From: Minisyncoccota bacterium
GTDB taxonomy: Bacteria > Patescibacteriota > Minisyncoccia > Phycocordibacterales > CAIZLB01
Direction: 5' to 3'
Length of the DNA: 64,000 nt
Assembly: GCA_021734945.1 (NCBI GenBank)
Contig: JAIPIA010000002.1
Span: forward strand, 194,829 to 258,828
Made by a program: the position numbers and the translations under genes. Positions 18,545 through 28,666 of this stretch are shown piece after piece (positions within the stretch are counted from its first letter, which is position 1; each line of letters begins with the position of its first letter). The notes below the pieces were generated by a model that worked only from the letters and a program-made list of their open reading frames with translations, did no database searches and was not told the DNA's origin.

Positions 18545-19432
18545 TTACACTCGATTCTTAAATACCATTATAAGACCATCCCAAGCAGGTACAAATGATG
18601 CCGTAAACCCGAAATTACATTCTTCAGCTGCTGTTCCTTTAAAGATCCAAGTATTAAAGTTTTTCATGTGTTCAGCACTATTATCATGTGAATTAGGATA
18701 CTGGACCAAACCTTTCCACAAAGTATTATCAATCAAAATCACACCTCCTGGCTTCAGTAACTTCATGGATTCTATAAAATAATGCTTATAGTTCTCTTTA
18801 TCTGCATCTATAAAAATAGCATCAAAAAAGTTTAAAGATGGTGTGTCAGAAGTAAGCTTTTCCAAAACTTTAGTAGCAATGCCAAATTCAAAATGAACTT
18901 TTCCTTCTATACCCATTGCTTGCCAAAATCTCCGTGCAGCAGGAATAGGTCTAGAATCTTCATCACATGAGAAGACTAGACCTCCCTCTTGGAGGCCTCT
19001 TGCAATAAATGCCGTACTGAAACCTCTAAAAGTACCTATCTCCAAAACATGCTTCGCGTTTATTGACCTCATAAAGACCTCAAGAAAACGAGCTTGTGAA
19101 AGTGGAACGCTGAGATATGAACGTTCACCTTTTTCAGTTGAACGAATAATGTAATTTGTTTCAGCAGATTCTGAAAATCTAATCAAAGAATCAACATATT
19201 CCTTGAGATTTTTATCAACATTAATATAACCCCCTCGAGAACGGGCAAGAGTATATTTTAAATCTCTTCGTATTGAAAGAGGGTGAATATTTTTGAATAA
19301 TCTAGCTAGCCTAATCTTTATAAATAGAAATATTTTTTTAATCTTTTTCTGAAGTTTCTGCATGTTGTATATTTGGTTACTGATGTCTGTATTACTTAAT
19401 TTACTGTGCCTGCGCGTATCTTTTATCTGCAA
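18545..19432 (-). CDS. Class I SAM-dependent O-methyltransferase (family 3, caffeoyl-CoA OMT-like) with N-terminal extension
   Basis: VLEIGTFRGFSTAFIA, FDAIFIDADKENYKHYFIESMKLLKPGGVILIDNTLWKG. Confidence 0.6.
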   Translation of the reverse strand: MQIKDTRRHSKLSNTDISNQIYNMQKLQKKIKKIFLFIKIRLARLFKNIHPLSIRRDLKYTLARSRGGYINVDKNLKEYVDSLIRFSESAETNYIIRSTEKGERSYLSVPLSQARFLEVFMRSINAKHVLEIGTFRGFSTAFIARGLQEGGLVFSCDEDSRPIPAARRFWQAMGIEGKVHFEFGIATKVLEKLTSDTPSLNFFDAIFIDADKENYKHYFIESMKLLKPGGVILIDNTLWKGLVQYPNSHDNSAEHMKNFNTWIFKGTAAEECNFGFTASFVPAWDGLIMVFKNRV

Positions 19433-19460
19433 GATTTCCTCTGAATATTATTTACTAAGA

Positions 19461-20951
19461 CTACTCAAGCACTACTGTCTCACCTTCTTCAGGATGGACA
19501 GCATTTACACCAAGATAGTCTCGAAGTCGCTGCGCTAAAAACAAAGATGATTTAGTCTCTCCCATTACTACGAATACTTTTTTGACTGTTGTGGCAGTGT
19601 CTTCCACAAAAGTGACTAGATGGTCCGAATCTTTGTGAGATGAATATCCATCAATTTTTTCTAGTCTTGCTCGGACATGTATCCTAGTTCCCATTATCTC
19701 TACATCTTTTGTGCCCTCTTGAATCACACGTCCTAATGTTCCCACAGCTTGGTATCCAATAAAAACTATAGTGTTGTTTGGGTCACCAAGATAATTTAAT
19801 TCATGATGTTGAATTCTACCTCCATTGGACATACCTGACCCTGCCATAATGATTTTTGCACCCGGTTCTCTAAAAATATTTTTTGATTCCTCTGCATTTT
19901 GGATCACATGCAAACCAGGGAAAGAGAATATATCATGGTGATGACCTTTGCGCGCATCAGCTTGAGCTGACTGATTGAAGTCAGCGATCATAGTTTTATA
20001 AATATCGGTTAACTTAATTGCCAAAGGCGAATCAAAATACACGTTTGTTCTAGGAAGCTTATTTTCATCAAAAAGTTTGTGGATTTCAAAAAGTATTTCT
20101 TGAGCTTTTTCAAGAGAAAAAATAGGCAGCAAAAGAACACCATTTCGAGCGTGATTGTCTTTAATAATGTTGCAGAGCTTCTCAATACGATGCTCTCTAT
20201 CTTCATGATTCTTGTCACCGTAGACACTTTCCATAAGGAGGTAATCTGCATCAGTAATAGGTTCAGTGTCTCTAAGAAGAGGTGTCGGACTGTTTCCAAG
20301 ATCGCCTGTAAACACAATCTTTCTTTTTTTGTCTTCCCCTTCAGCTGTATATGTTACTTCGAACATACATGAACCGAGCACGTGACCTGAATCTTTTAAA
20401 TACACAGAATATCCTGGTGATAATTGATGATTTTGGTGATATGGGATTGTTTGCCAAAGTCTAAAAGATTCTGACACATCCTCTTCTTCATACAAAGGAG
20501 GCACTCCATTACGCAGAGCACTCTGCGTTGTGAGCTTTAAGGCATCTGCCAACATAACTACTGCAAGCTTTTTTGTTTCTGGTGTTGAATAAATTACCCC
20601 TTTAAAACCATCACGAACAAGCTTTGGTACTCTACCTATGTGATCCATATGTGCATGGGTAATCAATAAAACATCAGCATTTATTGGATTATACAAAAAA
20701 TCTTTATGATTGTTTAAATCTGCGTCATGAGTACCTTGCTCCAATCCACAATCCACAAGTATTGAGAAAGTATCTTTATGTTGAATTTGAGCGGTAGAAT
20801 CTGCAATGCTCTGTGACACTGACTCTGCTTCATTTCTACTATTTTTTAGTAGTGGTCCTGTCAAAAGAAAGTTTGCACCAGTTACTGAGCCAACTCCCCC
20901 ACAAAAAGTAAGCTTTAATTTTTCTATTTTTGATTTGGTATTTTTTTCCAT
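19461..20951 (-). CDS. MBL-fold / beta-CASP family metallo-hydrolase (RNA-processing nuclease-like)
   Basis: HxHxDH motif (ITHAHMDHIG) and a downstream beta-CASP-like segment including GYSSHKDSDHL. Confidence 0.6.
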   Translation of the reverse strand: MEKNTKSKIEKLKLTFCGGVGSVTGANFLLTGPLLKNSRNEAESVSQSIADSTAQIQHKDTFSILVDCGLEQGTHDADLNNHKDFLYNPINADVLLITHAHMDHIGRVPKLVRDGFKGVIYSTPETKKLAVVMLADALKLTTQSALRNGVPPLYEEEDVSESFRLWQTIPYHQNHQLSPGYSVYLKDSGHVLGSCMFEVTYTAEGEDKKRKIVFTGDLGNSPTPLLRDTEPITDADYLLMESVYGDKNHEDREHRIEKLCNIIKDNHARNGVLLLPIFSLEKAQEILFEIHKLFDENKLPRTNVYFDSPLAIKLTDIYKTMIADFNQSAQADARKGHHHDIFSFPGLHVIQNAEESKNIFREPGAKIIMAGSGMSNGGRIQHHELNYLGDPNNTIVFIGYQAVGTLGRVIQEGTKDVEIMGTRIHVRARLEKIDGYSSHKDSDHLVTFVEDTATTVKKVFVVMGETKSSLFLAQRLRDYLGVNAVHPEEGETVVLE

Positions 20952-21298
20952 ATGTATATTGATATAAAACCTCCAATAGTGTCATCTAATAAGTCCTTAA
21001 CTGTGTCTATCCAATACCAAAAATTTAAAGTGTCTACTCTAAAATATACCTCTAAAATCTCCCACGATATACCGACAGCCATCACTCCTATAAAAGTATA
21101 CAGTAAAGTTTCTTTTAGACTAAGATATCTCAGAAAAACAAGAGTAAAAAGACCTGCCATTATTCCTCCCAGAATATGCATCGGTACATCTACCCATTTA
21201 TATGTCCAATATAGATATAGATTGAACGCAAGCATATGCACTGCTATCACAGATCCAGCAAACAATAGTGCAAAATAGAAACGTGCGTGATTACTCAT
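20924..21298 (-). CDS. Hypothetical small polytopic membrane protein
   Basis: Four predicted TM segments. No motif recognised. Confidence 0.3.
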   Translation of the reverse strand: MSNHARFYFALLFAGSVIAVHMLAFNLYLYWTYKWVDVPMHILGGIMAGLFTLVFLRYLSLKETLLYTFIGVMAVGISWEILEVYFRVDTLNFWYWIDTVKDLLDDTIGGFISIYIWKKIPNQK

Positions 21299-21700
21299 AT
21301 GACTAATATTATACAGGACTATAAAGTTAGGTCGAATATGCCATGTGTTCTATAAATATGGTGAAATGCTAAAGAAACGCTAGAAAATAGACTCACTTCG
21401 TATATTTTCGTCACTTACTCAGAAATGGAAATGCGGAGCACTTCCATTTCATTCACTGCGCTAGAAAATAAAAACACCCACCATTTCTGGTGAGTTTCTT
21501 TATAAGGCACCCTGCGTATCAAACCTAGACTTTAACCTAGGGTGGGTTCTCTGTGTATGAGACCAAGGTCACATACAACTCGAGATCCCTGATTTAATGT
21601 ATTGAAGTTGATACTACAAGACACCTTGAATTCATTATATACCTCTCTTTTATTTTGTGAGCTTTACATACTCACTGTGTGCGTTTCGTAATTATTTTTA

Positions 21701-22328
21701 CTATCCTAAAATATCCTTCATATCAGGCGCATAAAGAATTTCGTCAGAAATGATTGAGTAATCCACAAGTTCTTCATCTTTGAACCAATGTTTTATCTCA
21801 TCTTCTGCTTCTTTGACTGTACCAGAAGCGTGCACGAGATTTCTTATTGAACGATTGTCAATTTCAGACATCTGATATGAATCAAGTACATAGTCTCCTC
21901 GAATTGTACCTACATCAGAAGTAAGAGGTTCAGTTCCCCCAGTTATTTTTCGTACAATTTTTACAGCATGTGCACCTTGCCATACCATAGCAATAACTGG
22001 ACCTGAAGTAAGATACTTTTCAAGTCTATTTAAAATATCATTCGCAATCGCGAGAGGGTCTGTAGTAGGAGGAATCTGACCTTTGTCTACAAAACCCTTT
22101 ATACTCTTCTCCCCCACAGCTTGCATCCACCCTGCATCAAGAGTGTAATGCTGTCGAACCATGTCAGCGGTTGGGATCATGAGTTTCATTCCAACGAGCT
22201 TCAGACCAATTCGCTCATATCTACCAATTATTTCACCAATAAGAGTTCGCTGGATACCGTCTGGCTTGATAATAACAAATGTTCTTTCGTTTTTATGATG
22301 TGTTGGTGTTGATGATGTATGCGTCATG
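21701..22328 (-). CDS. ndk: Nucleoside diphosphate kinase with a ~40-aa internal insertion
   Basis: ERTFVIIKPDGIQRTLIGEIIGRYE...GPVIAMVWQGAHAVKIVRKITGGTEP...GTIRGDY. Start taken at internal Met MTHTSS because the ORF-track start overlaps the upstream gene. Confidence 0.75.
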
Positions 22329-22352
22329 CGACTACTATAACATGTTTGTTTA

Positions 22353-25300
22353 CTAAATCTGAGTTGATTGTTGAGGCTGTTGATTTGGTAGAGGTTTCGC
22401 CAATGGCGCAGCAGAAAACGCCGTAGAAGCTGCTGGTTTAGGCGCCATAGGTGGCATACCAAAAACAGATGCTGTTCCAGATGGACTTTGAGATGCAGGC
22501 GCCACAGCAGGTTCCTTCTTATATTTTTCCATAATCAAATCCTCAACGAGCGAACGATCCTGACCATACTTAAGGTATGAAAGTTCTTTTAGGTTTTCAA
22601 CCATATCTGGATTACCCTTACTTGGCCATGTAAATTCTACGTTGAATGGGCGGACGGGCTTACCTCCTGAAAGCATCTTTACATAACAATTCATATTATC
22701 AATATTCATAATATCGTTTGAGGTAAACACGGGCTCAAACTGCTTCTCTAGGAACTCCGCGTCTTCTGCACCCACTCGGAACACACTCATATTTCCTACG
22801 TTTCCAAAGACTGCATCTTTAATTTTTTCATCTAGCTGAGCAATAAACTGGTGAGCCATTGTGAGGGAAAGTTTGTATTTTCGTGCCTCAGAAAGAATAG
22901 TCGAAATAGATGGAGTTGTGATGTTTTGGAATTCATCTATATATAGATAAAATGGCGCCATATCTTTTCCAAATGAGTCCACTCTCGATAGAGCTGCCAT
23001 CAAAATTTTACCTACAAGGATAAGCCCGATAAGTGATGAGTTAATATCACCCAATCGCCCCTTTGCAAGATTTACCAACAAAATCTTTTTTGAATCCATT
23101 ATTTCTCGAAAATTGAAACTAGATTTTTCCTGCGCGATGATAGGTCGCATAATATCGTTTGCCAAGAACACATCGAACTTACTTGTGATATATGGCACCA
23201 TGTTCTGGAGTGAACCCTCCCCTCCTGCTTTCTCAGCAATATCTTTCCAGAATTGAACAACGATAGGATTTTTACATCGAGCAATCTTCATATCTCGGAA
23301 ACTCTTCACGGCCATTACTCGAGAGACATCAAGAAGCGTACATCCACTATCAGGATCCTCGATCACAAGCATTGTGGCATTTCGGAAATATTGTTCGAAC
23401 ATCGGACCCATAGATTCTGGCACACCACCGTAGAGTTTTTGGAAAATACTAAAGAGTTCGTTCACCACGAATGTTTTTTGTTCTGGATAGTCTCGATTAT
23501 ATTCGAGCATGTTCAAAGACATAGGCCGCTCAACATGACTTGGATCAAAGTAAATAACATCCTCGTATCTCTCTTTTGGAATATGAGCAAGAATATCCTG
23601 TACATCTGATCCGTGTGGGTCAATAAAACACACACCATCACCGTTGTTGATGTCCTGCATAATCATATTTCGAAGCATTGTAGATTTACCAGTTCCTGTC
23701 TGACCAATAACATAGAAGTGTCGAAGTCTATCTTCTGGCGTCACATATATAGGTGTATCTATATTTCGGTGTTTGTTTGTTCCGAGAAAAAGATTTTGTT
23801 TTGTGAGACCATCATGTCCTGTTATCATAGCGCCTGGTAAACCTAATGGAGCTGGAGCACTACCAGCTTTTGATTGTTTGAGTTGATGAGCGCCCGCGAC
23901 AGCCTCTGTCGGAAAGTGCATGATGGTTGTGAGTTCACGTGTTGAAATAGCTAAAGAATGAGACTTATCAAACAAACGATATGAATAGTTGTGAGTAAGC
24001 TCAGCAAGTGCAAAATCTTTTACTCGTTCAAATTTGAGTGCGTTTCCGAGAGAATTTTCAAATTGACCAAACGCAGATTCAATACCTGAAATAATATCTT
24101 CTGCTCGCGGACGACTTTCTGCAGATACTAGAACACGAATATTACTTTCAATAACAGGCGTCTGAATTTTTGTTGTAATTTGTTCTACAGCAATTGAATC
24201 AATGACTTTCGGCTCTTCTTTCTTCTCTTTATCACCTTTTGTGATTTCTTTATAAGTCTCTTTCGTCAATTCTTTGAATCCTTTTGTAAAATTACCCCAG
24301 AGAGTATGTCGTATATCTGTAGCCTTTTTGACAGCATCTCCTTTCTGAATAGCATCCAAAGCCTCTTTGTACTGTTTATTATAATAATCCCCCGCAGGAT
24401 TAAGCATAATCTGAATAGCTGCACCTTCACCATCTTTTTGAATTTTTGAAAGTGCGTTTAAAATAACGTTAAGTGGATCATAATCAAACTGCTCATATGT
24501 TTTTATTGGGAATATTTCGCGCCGAACTTGCTTTGCCGTTGAGCCGACTGAAATGCCTTCTTCATTAAAAATATTGTAATTATCTTTCTTCTCAGCGAGT
24601 TTTGCATTTGGAAAAATAGAGAGAAATTGTTTCTCAAAAATATCTCGCTTTTGGTCAGGTACTGCAACATAAAAAACAAACTCTTCCCCGCCGTTAGATA
24701 CAGCGAGCTCAATAGAAAACTGATTTTCAACCAAATCCGTACCATATGAAGCCTTTCCTCCTGTAGAAACAGAAAGCATACCAGCATAAAACTGTTCCAT
24801 CGATGAGATAAGTTCTTTGAGGTTTTTTCGCTTTTCATCAGCATCACCTTTTGGTTCAGGTAACGCTACTTCATACAAAGTTTGTTTGAGAGCTTTTGCA
24901 ACAGGTAATGTTTCTTTGAGTCCAGTGTACGGATATCCTTTTTTCAAATATTCAACAAGGAATCTATGAAAATCCCCATCTATATGAGGACTATTCATTC
25001 CTCGTGCAACTTGAATAGCATTAAGTACACCCTTTTCTTGCATAACCTCCATAAGACCCTCCATTCTTTTGTCATGCATTTCAGGCGCCAAGTCCAAGAT
25101 GATTTCCCATTGTTCCTGCGCAGGCATTTTGTAATGTTCGTGAAGTACCCTATCAGCATTCTGAACACTATAGTCTGCAATTTCTGAATCTATAATATTT
25201 GCCCGTTCCTGTTGACGAGCTTCAGACTCTGGATGTGATGTAAGATTTTGCTCTCGACTTTGTACTACTGTACGCAAATAGTCGAGCTCTTCTTGGAGTG

Positions 25301-25406
25301 ATGCAAATTGTTTACCTTCATATACGCCTGAGGGTTTTGCTTCTGTAGAGACACCAGATTGTGACTGTGCCTGCGATTGTACTTCTCTGAATTTTTCTTG
25401 TTCCAT
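22353..25406 (-). CDS. Large VirD4/TraG/TraD-like (FtsK-HerA superfamily) P-loop ATPase with ~550-aa non-ATPase N-terminal region
   Basis: Walker A GQTGTGKST and DPHG (residues ~565-600). C-terminal YLYIDEFQNI...LTMAHQFIAQL...FRVG block resembles the TrwB/TraG-D_C (TraM-recognition) region. No TM helices seen. Confidence 0.5.
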   Translation of the reverse strand: MEQEKFREVQSQAQSQSGVSTEAKPSGVYEGKQFASLQEELDYLRTVVQSREQNLTSHPESEARQQERANIIDSEIADYSVQNADRVLHEHYKMPAQEQWEIILDLAPEMHDKRMEGLMEVMQEKGVLNAIQVARGMNSPHIDGDFHRFLVEYLKKGYPYTGLKETLPVAKALKQTLYEVALPEPKGDADEKRKNLKELISSMEQFYAGMLSVSTGGKASYGTDLVENQFSIELAVSNGGEEFVFYVAVPDQKRDIFEKQFLSIFPNAKLAEKKDNYNIFNEEGISVGSTAKQVRREIFPIKTYEQFDYDPLNVILNALSKIQKDGEGAAIQIMLNPAGDYYNKQYKEALDAIQKGDAVKKATDIRHTLWGNFTKGFKELTKETYKEITKGDKEKKEEPKVIDSIAVEQITTKIQTPVIESNIRVLVSAESRPRAEDIISGIESAFGQFENSLGNALKFERVKDFALAELTHNYSYRLFDKSHSLAISTRELTTIMHFPTEAVAGAHQLKQSKAGSAPAPLGLPGAMITGHDGLTKQNLFLGTNKHRNIDTPIYVTPEDRLRHFYVIGQTGTGKSTMLRNMIMQDINNGDGVCFIDPHGSDVQDILAHIPKERYEDVIYFDPSHVERPMSLNMLEYNRDYPEQKTFVVNELFSIFQKLYGGVPESMGPMFEQYFRNATMLVIEDPDSGCTLLDVSRVMAVKSFRDMKIARCKNPIVVQFWKDIAEKAGGEGSLQNMVPYITSKFDVFLANDIMRPIIAQEKSSFNFREIMDSKKILLVNLAKGRLGDINSSLIGLILVGKILMAALSRVDSFGKDMAPFYLYIDEFQNITTPSISTILSEARKYKLSLTMAHQFIAQLDEKIKDAVFGNVGNMSVFRVGAEDAEFLEKQFEPVFTSNDIMNIDNMNCYVKMLSGGKPVRPFNVEFTWPSKGNPDMVENLKELSYLKYGQDRSLVEDLIMEKYKKEPAVAPASQSPSGTASVFGMPPMAPKPAASTAFSAAPLAKPLPNQQPQQSTQI

Positions 25407-25487
25407 ACTTCACATATTATACAGCGAGATACGAACAGCGTGAAGTTTTTCGAAGAATTTTATTCGTACATATACTTATTAATCTTT

Positions 25488-25928
25488 CTAATGGTCTTTT
25501 TTCTTTGCACTAATTTTCAAAGTTTTTCTCATACTCTTTTCCTCACTCTTTCGAGACGATTGAGCTGTACCCTTATGGTTCCTAGGATATGTAGGTAAAT
25601 ATTCCTCCAGAAGTGCCACTTTGTTCGCAAGAGTCATTTCTTTTTGTTCAAAAGCACCGTGTTCTCGATCGCACTTTTCCCAAGTCATATCAACCTTTTC
25701 GACTACAGTCGCTAGTCTCCATTGATATTCACCTGCAAGGACTGACATATGACGGACAACATCAGCATTGAATTCTTCTCTCTGCTTTTTGAGTAATTTC
25801 TCATAGAACTCTTCCATATCCTGGCGAAACTGATATCGCTGGATCTCTGACTCTCTTCTGAGTTCATTAATAAGAACAACCCTAGAATCTTCAAGCTCTC
25901 TATGAAGTTGTTCCGGTGTTATATGCAT
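25488..25928 (-). CDS. Hypothetical coiled-coil protein
   Basis: Charged heptad-like sequence. No motif recognised. Confidence 0.3.
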   Translation of the reverse strand: MHITPEQLHRELEDSRVVLINELRRESEIQRYQFRQDMEEFYEKLLKKQREEFNADVVRHMSVLAGEYQWRLATVVEKVDMTWEKCDREHGAFEQKEMTLANKVALLEEYLPTYPRNHKGTAQSSRKSEEKSMRKTLKISAKKKDH

Positions 25929-26137
25929 GCTCGCATAATATCACTCAGACATGAAGCGAAGTTCAAAAAGTTCTAAAGAAACTTGTGAATAAGTCATTTT
26001 TGGAGCCTTATATAAGTGTAGAAATATACAATAAAAATTAGTAGTGGGAAGTTGTCGGAGATGGAAATTTTAAATTTTACAAATAGTTTACGGATAGAAT
26101 AAAATCTTTTTCAGGCCAAAAATTATTCACCATCAAG

Positions 26138-26980
26138 CTAAACCTCCGTCAAAATTTCTGCACCCTCCTCTGTAATCACAATAGTATGTTCAAAGTGAAC
26201 ACTTCTCTTTCCATCTTTAGTCTTAATTGTATAACCATCAGTATCTAGGAAAATATTTGCTTTGCCTTCGTTTAGAATAGGCTCGATTGCAACAACACTA
26301 CCTGGAACAAGTACAGGACCCTGCCCTTTTTTACCAAAATTCGGAATGAATGGATCCTCGTGAACTGAAAAACCTACACCGTGTCCACCGAGATATTCTG
26401 CCATATGAAAACCGTATTTCTTTTTATAAAATTCATTAGCCTTTTCTATTTCAGCACCAATATCCCCTGTCTTGATTCCCTTTGGATATTCTTTTCGCCA
26501 ATTCTTACACGCTTCCATTGCAGCATCCAAACATTCACGTCCAGCTTGTAGAAGTTTTCTACCTTTCTCATCTGTCTTATCTTCACCTCCAGCACAAACC
26601 GTAATAGCACTATCAACAATTCTGCCTTTATAAGAAACACCCATATCGAGTGTAACTAGATCACCAGGCAATATCACTCGAATCTTTTCATTTGGAATAC
26701 CGTGTACAACTACGTCATTTATAGAGAGAACCAACGCTGCTGGAAATGGTCGATCAGCTCCCTCAGGGGTATATCCTAAGAATGCAGGAGTAGCCCCAGC
26801 TTCAGCTGTGAGCTTTCGAGCAAGGTTTTCGAGGTCGAGAGACGAGACCGTCTTACCCTCAGGTGCGTCGGACGAAAAAGCAGACTGCACTTCAGCATCC
26901 AAAGCAGCTAGAATATTAGCCAGGATTTTGCCTGCCTGTCGTAAGATTTCTATGTCCTGTTTTGACTTAGTTTGTAACAT
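26138..26980 (-). CDS. map: Methionine aminopeptidase type I (with insertion)
   Basis: Pita-bread fold metal ligands (DLVTLDMG, GGHGVG, VVAIEPIL, FEHTIVIT). Confidence 0.8.
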   Translation of the reverse strand: MLQTKSKQDIEILRQAGKILANILAALDAEVQSAFSSDAPEGKTVSSLDLENLARKLTAEAGATPAFLGYTPEGADRPFPAALVLSINDVVVHGIPNEKIRVILPGDLVTLDMGVSYKGRIVDSAITVCAGGEDKTDEKGRKLLQAGRECLDAAMEACKNWRKEYPKGIKTGDIGAEIEKANEFYKKKYGFHMAEYLGGHGVGFSVHEDPFIPNFGKKGQGPVLVPGSVVAIEPILNEGKANIFLDTDGYTIKTKDGKRSVHFEHTIVITEEGAEILTEV

Positions 26981-27038
26981 TACTGATACTGTACCTCTAA
27001 TTCGATTTTATTTCCACCCAACCTTCATAGTATAAGAA

Positions 27039-27647
27039 TTACCAATTCAACCCTTTTGTAATAGCTTGCGTCACTTGATCGATAGTCTGCTCACCATTTA
27101 CGTGCACGAAGTTATATCCTGGAGCTTTTTCGAAATATTTGAGAGCTGGCAATACGTCAGTATCAAACCAATTTAGGCGTCGTTCTATTTGCTCCAAACT
27201 TGAGTCGTCTTTTCGTCCTTCGATTTTACTACGAGTAAACAAATGCTTCTTTGACCATTCTCGACTTACATCAATATGTATAACGATCGGTTTGGCGCGA
27301 TTGTAAAAAGAGATAGCAGAATCAAATACGAGTGCTTCTTCGTATGAACGTGGCATACCATCCACAATGAGATGCTCCTCTCCTGTCATTTCCTCTATAA
27401 GTACATGTGCCCAATTCCACACAGCGAGAAAATCTGGTTGTCGTCCGCCTGTATCAGTAATATATGAGGCAAGCTTGTTTGTATATCCAGGAAGTTTAAT
27501 AAATTCCCGAAATCGTGGACCTGTTTCGAGGTACATGATTTTTCTTTTTTCGTTATCCATCTTTTCAATATATTCACGCAGAATTTTTGCTTGAGTTCCC
27601 TTTCCACATCCTGAACGTCCTATGAAAATAAAAGTCTTTGGTTGCAT
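27039..27647 (-). CDS. adk: Adenylate kinase
   Basis: P-loop FIFIGRSGCGKGTQA. LID-less short form. Confidence 0.75.
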   Translation of the reverse strand: MQPKTFIFIGRSGCGKGTQAKILREYIEKMDNEKRKIMYLETGPRFREFIKLPGYTNKLASYITDTGGRQPDFLAVWNWAHVLIEEMTGEEHLIVDGMPRSYEEALVFDSAISFYNRAKPIVIHIDVSREWSKKHLFTRSKIEGRKDDSSLEQIERRLNWFDTDVLPALKYFEKAPGYNFVHVNGEQTIDQVTQAITKGLNW

Positions 27648-28014
27648 TGTTATTTTTGAGTAATTTGTTTAACGAAAATATGCTAAATAAACTTATTTGT
27701 AAAATAATTATATCACACCAATGATGCCGACCTCGGTTGTGATGCGAGGTCGGTGTGGGAAATTAATTTCGAGAAACATGCACTGATAGTTTTTTCTTTC
27801 CGGCGAGAGAAAGTTTTCTATCAGAGATAAGAGATTGAAACGCAGCTCCCTTTGGCGCCCAAAACATTTCTTGTTCTAGTTTCTTGAGATAGATCCCCAT
27901 TTCGCGCCGAGACATAAATGAATCGACATACGCCATATGTGCAAGACTCATATTCAGAATGGAAGGTTCAAAACTTCCAACCTAATTATACCATTTATCT
28001 ATTAAATCAAAATT

Positions 28015-28578
28015 CTATAAAATTTCTTTTGGTAGAGACTGCAGATACAAAGCAGTACAAAAAGTGATAACCGCCATTGGAATAAACACTGATTCGTAAC
28101 CATAATATTTAATAGCAAATCCTCCTGTTACTGAAGCGAGTCCTGAGGCTATAGAAGTGAGACCTTCCCATCCTCCCCAATCAGAAATTGCCTGTTCCTC
28201 TGAAGTGTGTTTTGTAAACATCGCATCATATGAAGGATTAACTAGAGCAATAGAGATACCAATCAAAATTTGGACTATTATTAAATCAAAAAAGCTGGTA
28301 ATGAAAAGAAACAGGACAAAAGCAAAAGAACGAAGAAACAAACCGCCTATCATTATTCTTCTTTTTTGATGAATAGTTGATTCCCAAGACCTAAAAAGTA
28401 AAATCATCAAACCTGAAACAATCGAAAAAACTGCCCAGGAAGCTCCTGCTATTTCGATTCCTCCACCTAGTTTTCCGACGAACAGTGCATAAAAGGGTGC
28501 AAAAAGACCTGTAAGAAAAGTAAGGAGAGTACTCACGGTTATAAGAATTCGTATACTTTTTTTGTGAATTTGTTCCAT
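28015..28578 (-). CDS. 6-TM membrane protein resembling one half of an MFS transporter
   Basis: Six hydrophobic helices. No room upstream for a second half, because livF ends 88 nt away. Confidence 0.35.
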   Translation of the reverse strand: MEQIHKKSIRILITVSTLLTFLTGLFAPFYALFVGKLGGGIEIAGASWAVFSIVSGLMILLFRSWESTIHQKRRIMIGGLFLRSFAFVLFLFITSFFDLIIVQILIGISIALVNPSYDAMFTKHTSEEQAISDWGGWEGLTSIASGLASVTGGFAIKYYGYESVFIPMAVITFCTALYLQSLPKEIL

Positions 28579-28666
28579 ATTTTTTGATTTGATGTAACTT
28601 TTGGTCGATACTTTTATTTATTTTGCTAACAATGTCATTTTGACATTGCACCAAGTACGAACTGTA

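Noticed and set aside
22353-25406. Calling the large ATPase a bona fide conjugative type-IV coupling protein
   Set aside because: No TM anchor, no relaxase, VirB4 or pilin genes nearby. Only the ATPase-family assignment is retained.
28391-28654. 87-aa ORF overlapping the MFS-like gene start
   Set aside because: Out-of-frame overlap with a membrane-protein gene. Basic low-complexity product. Likely spurious.
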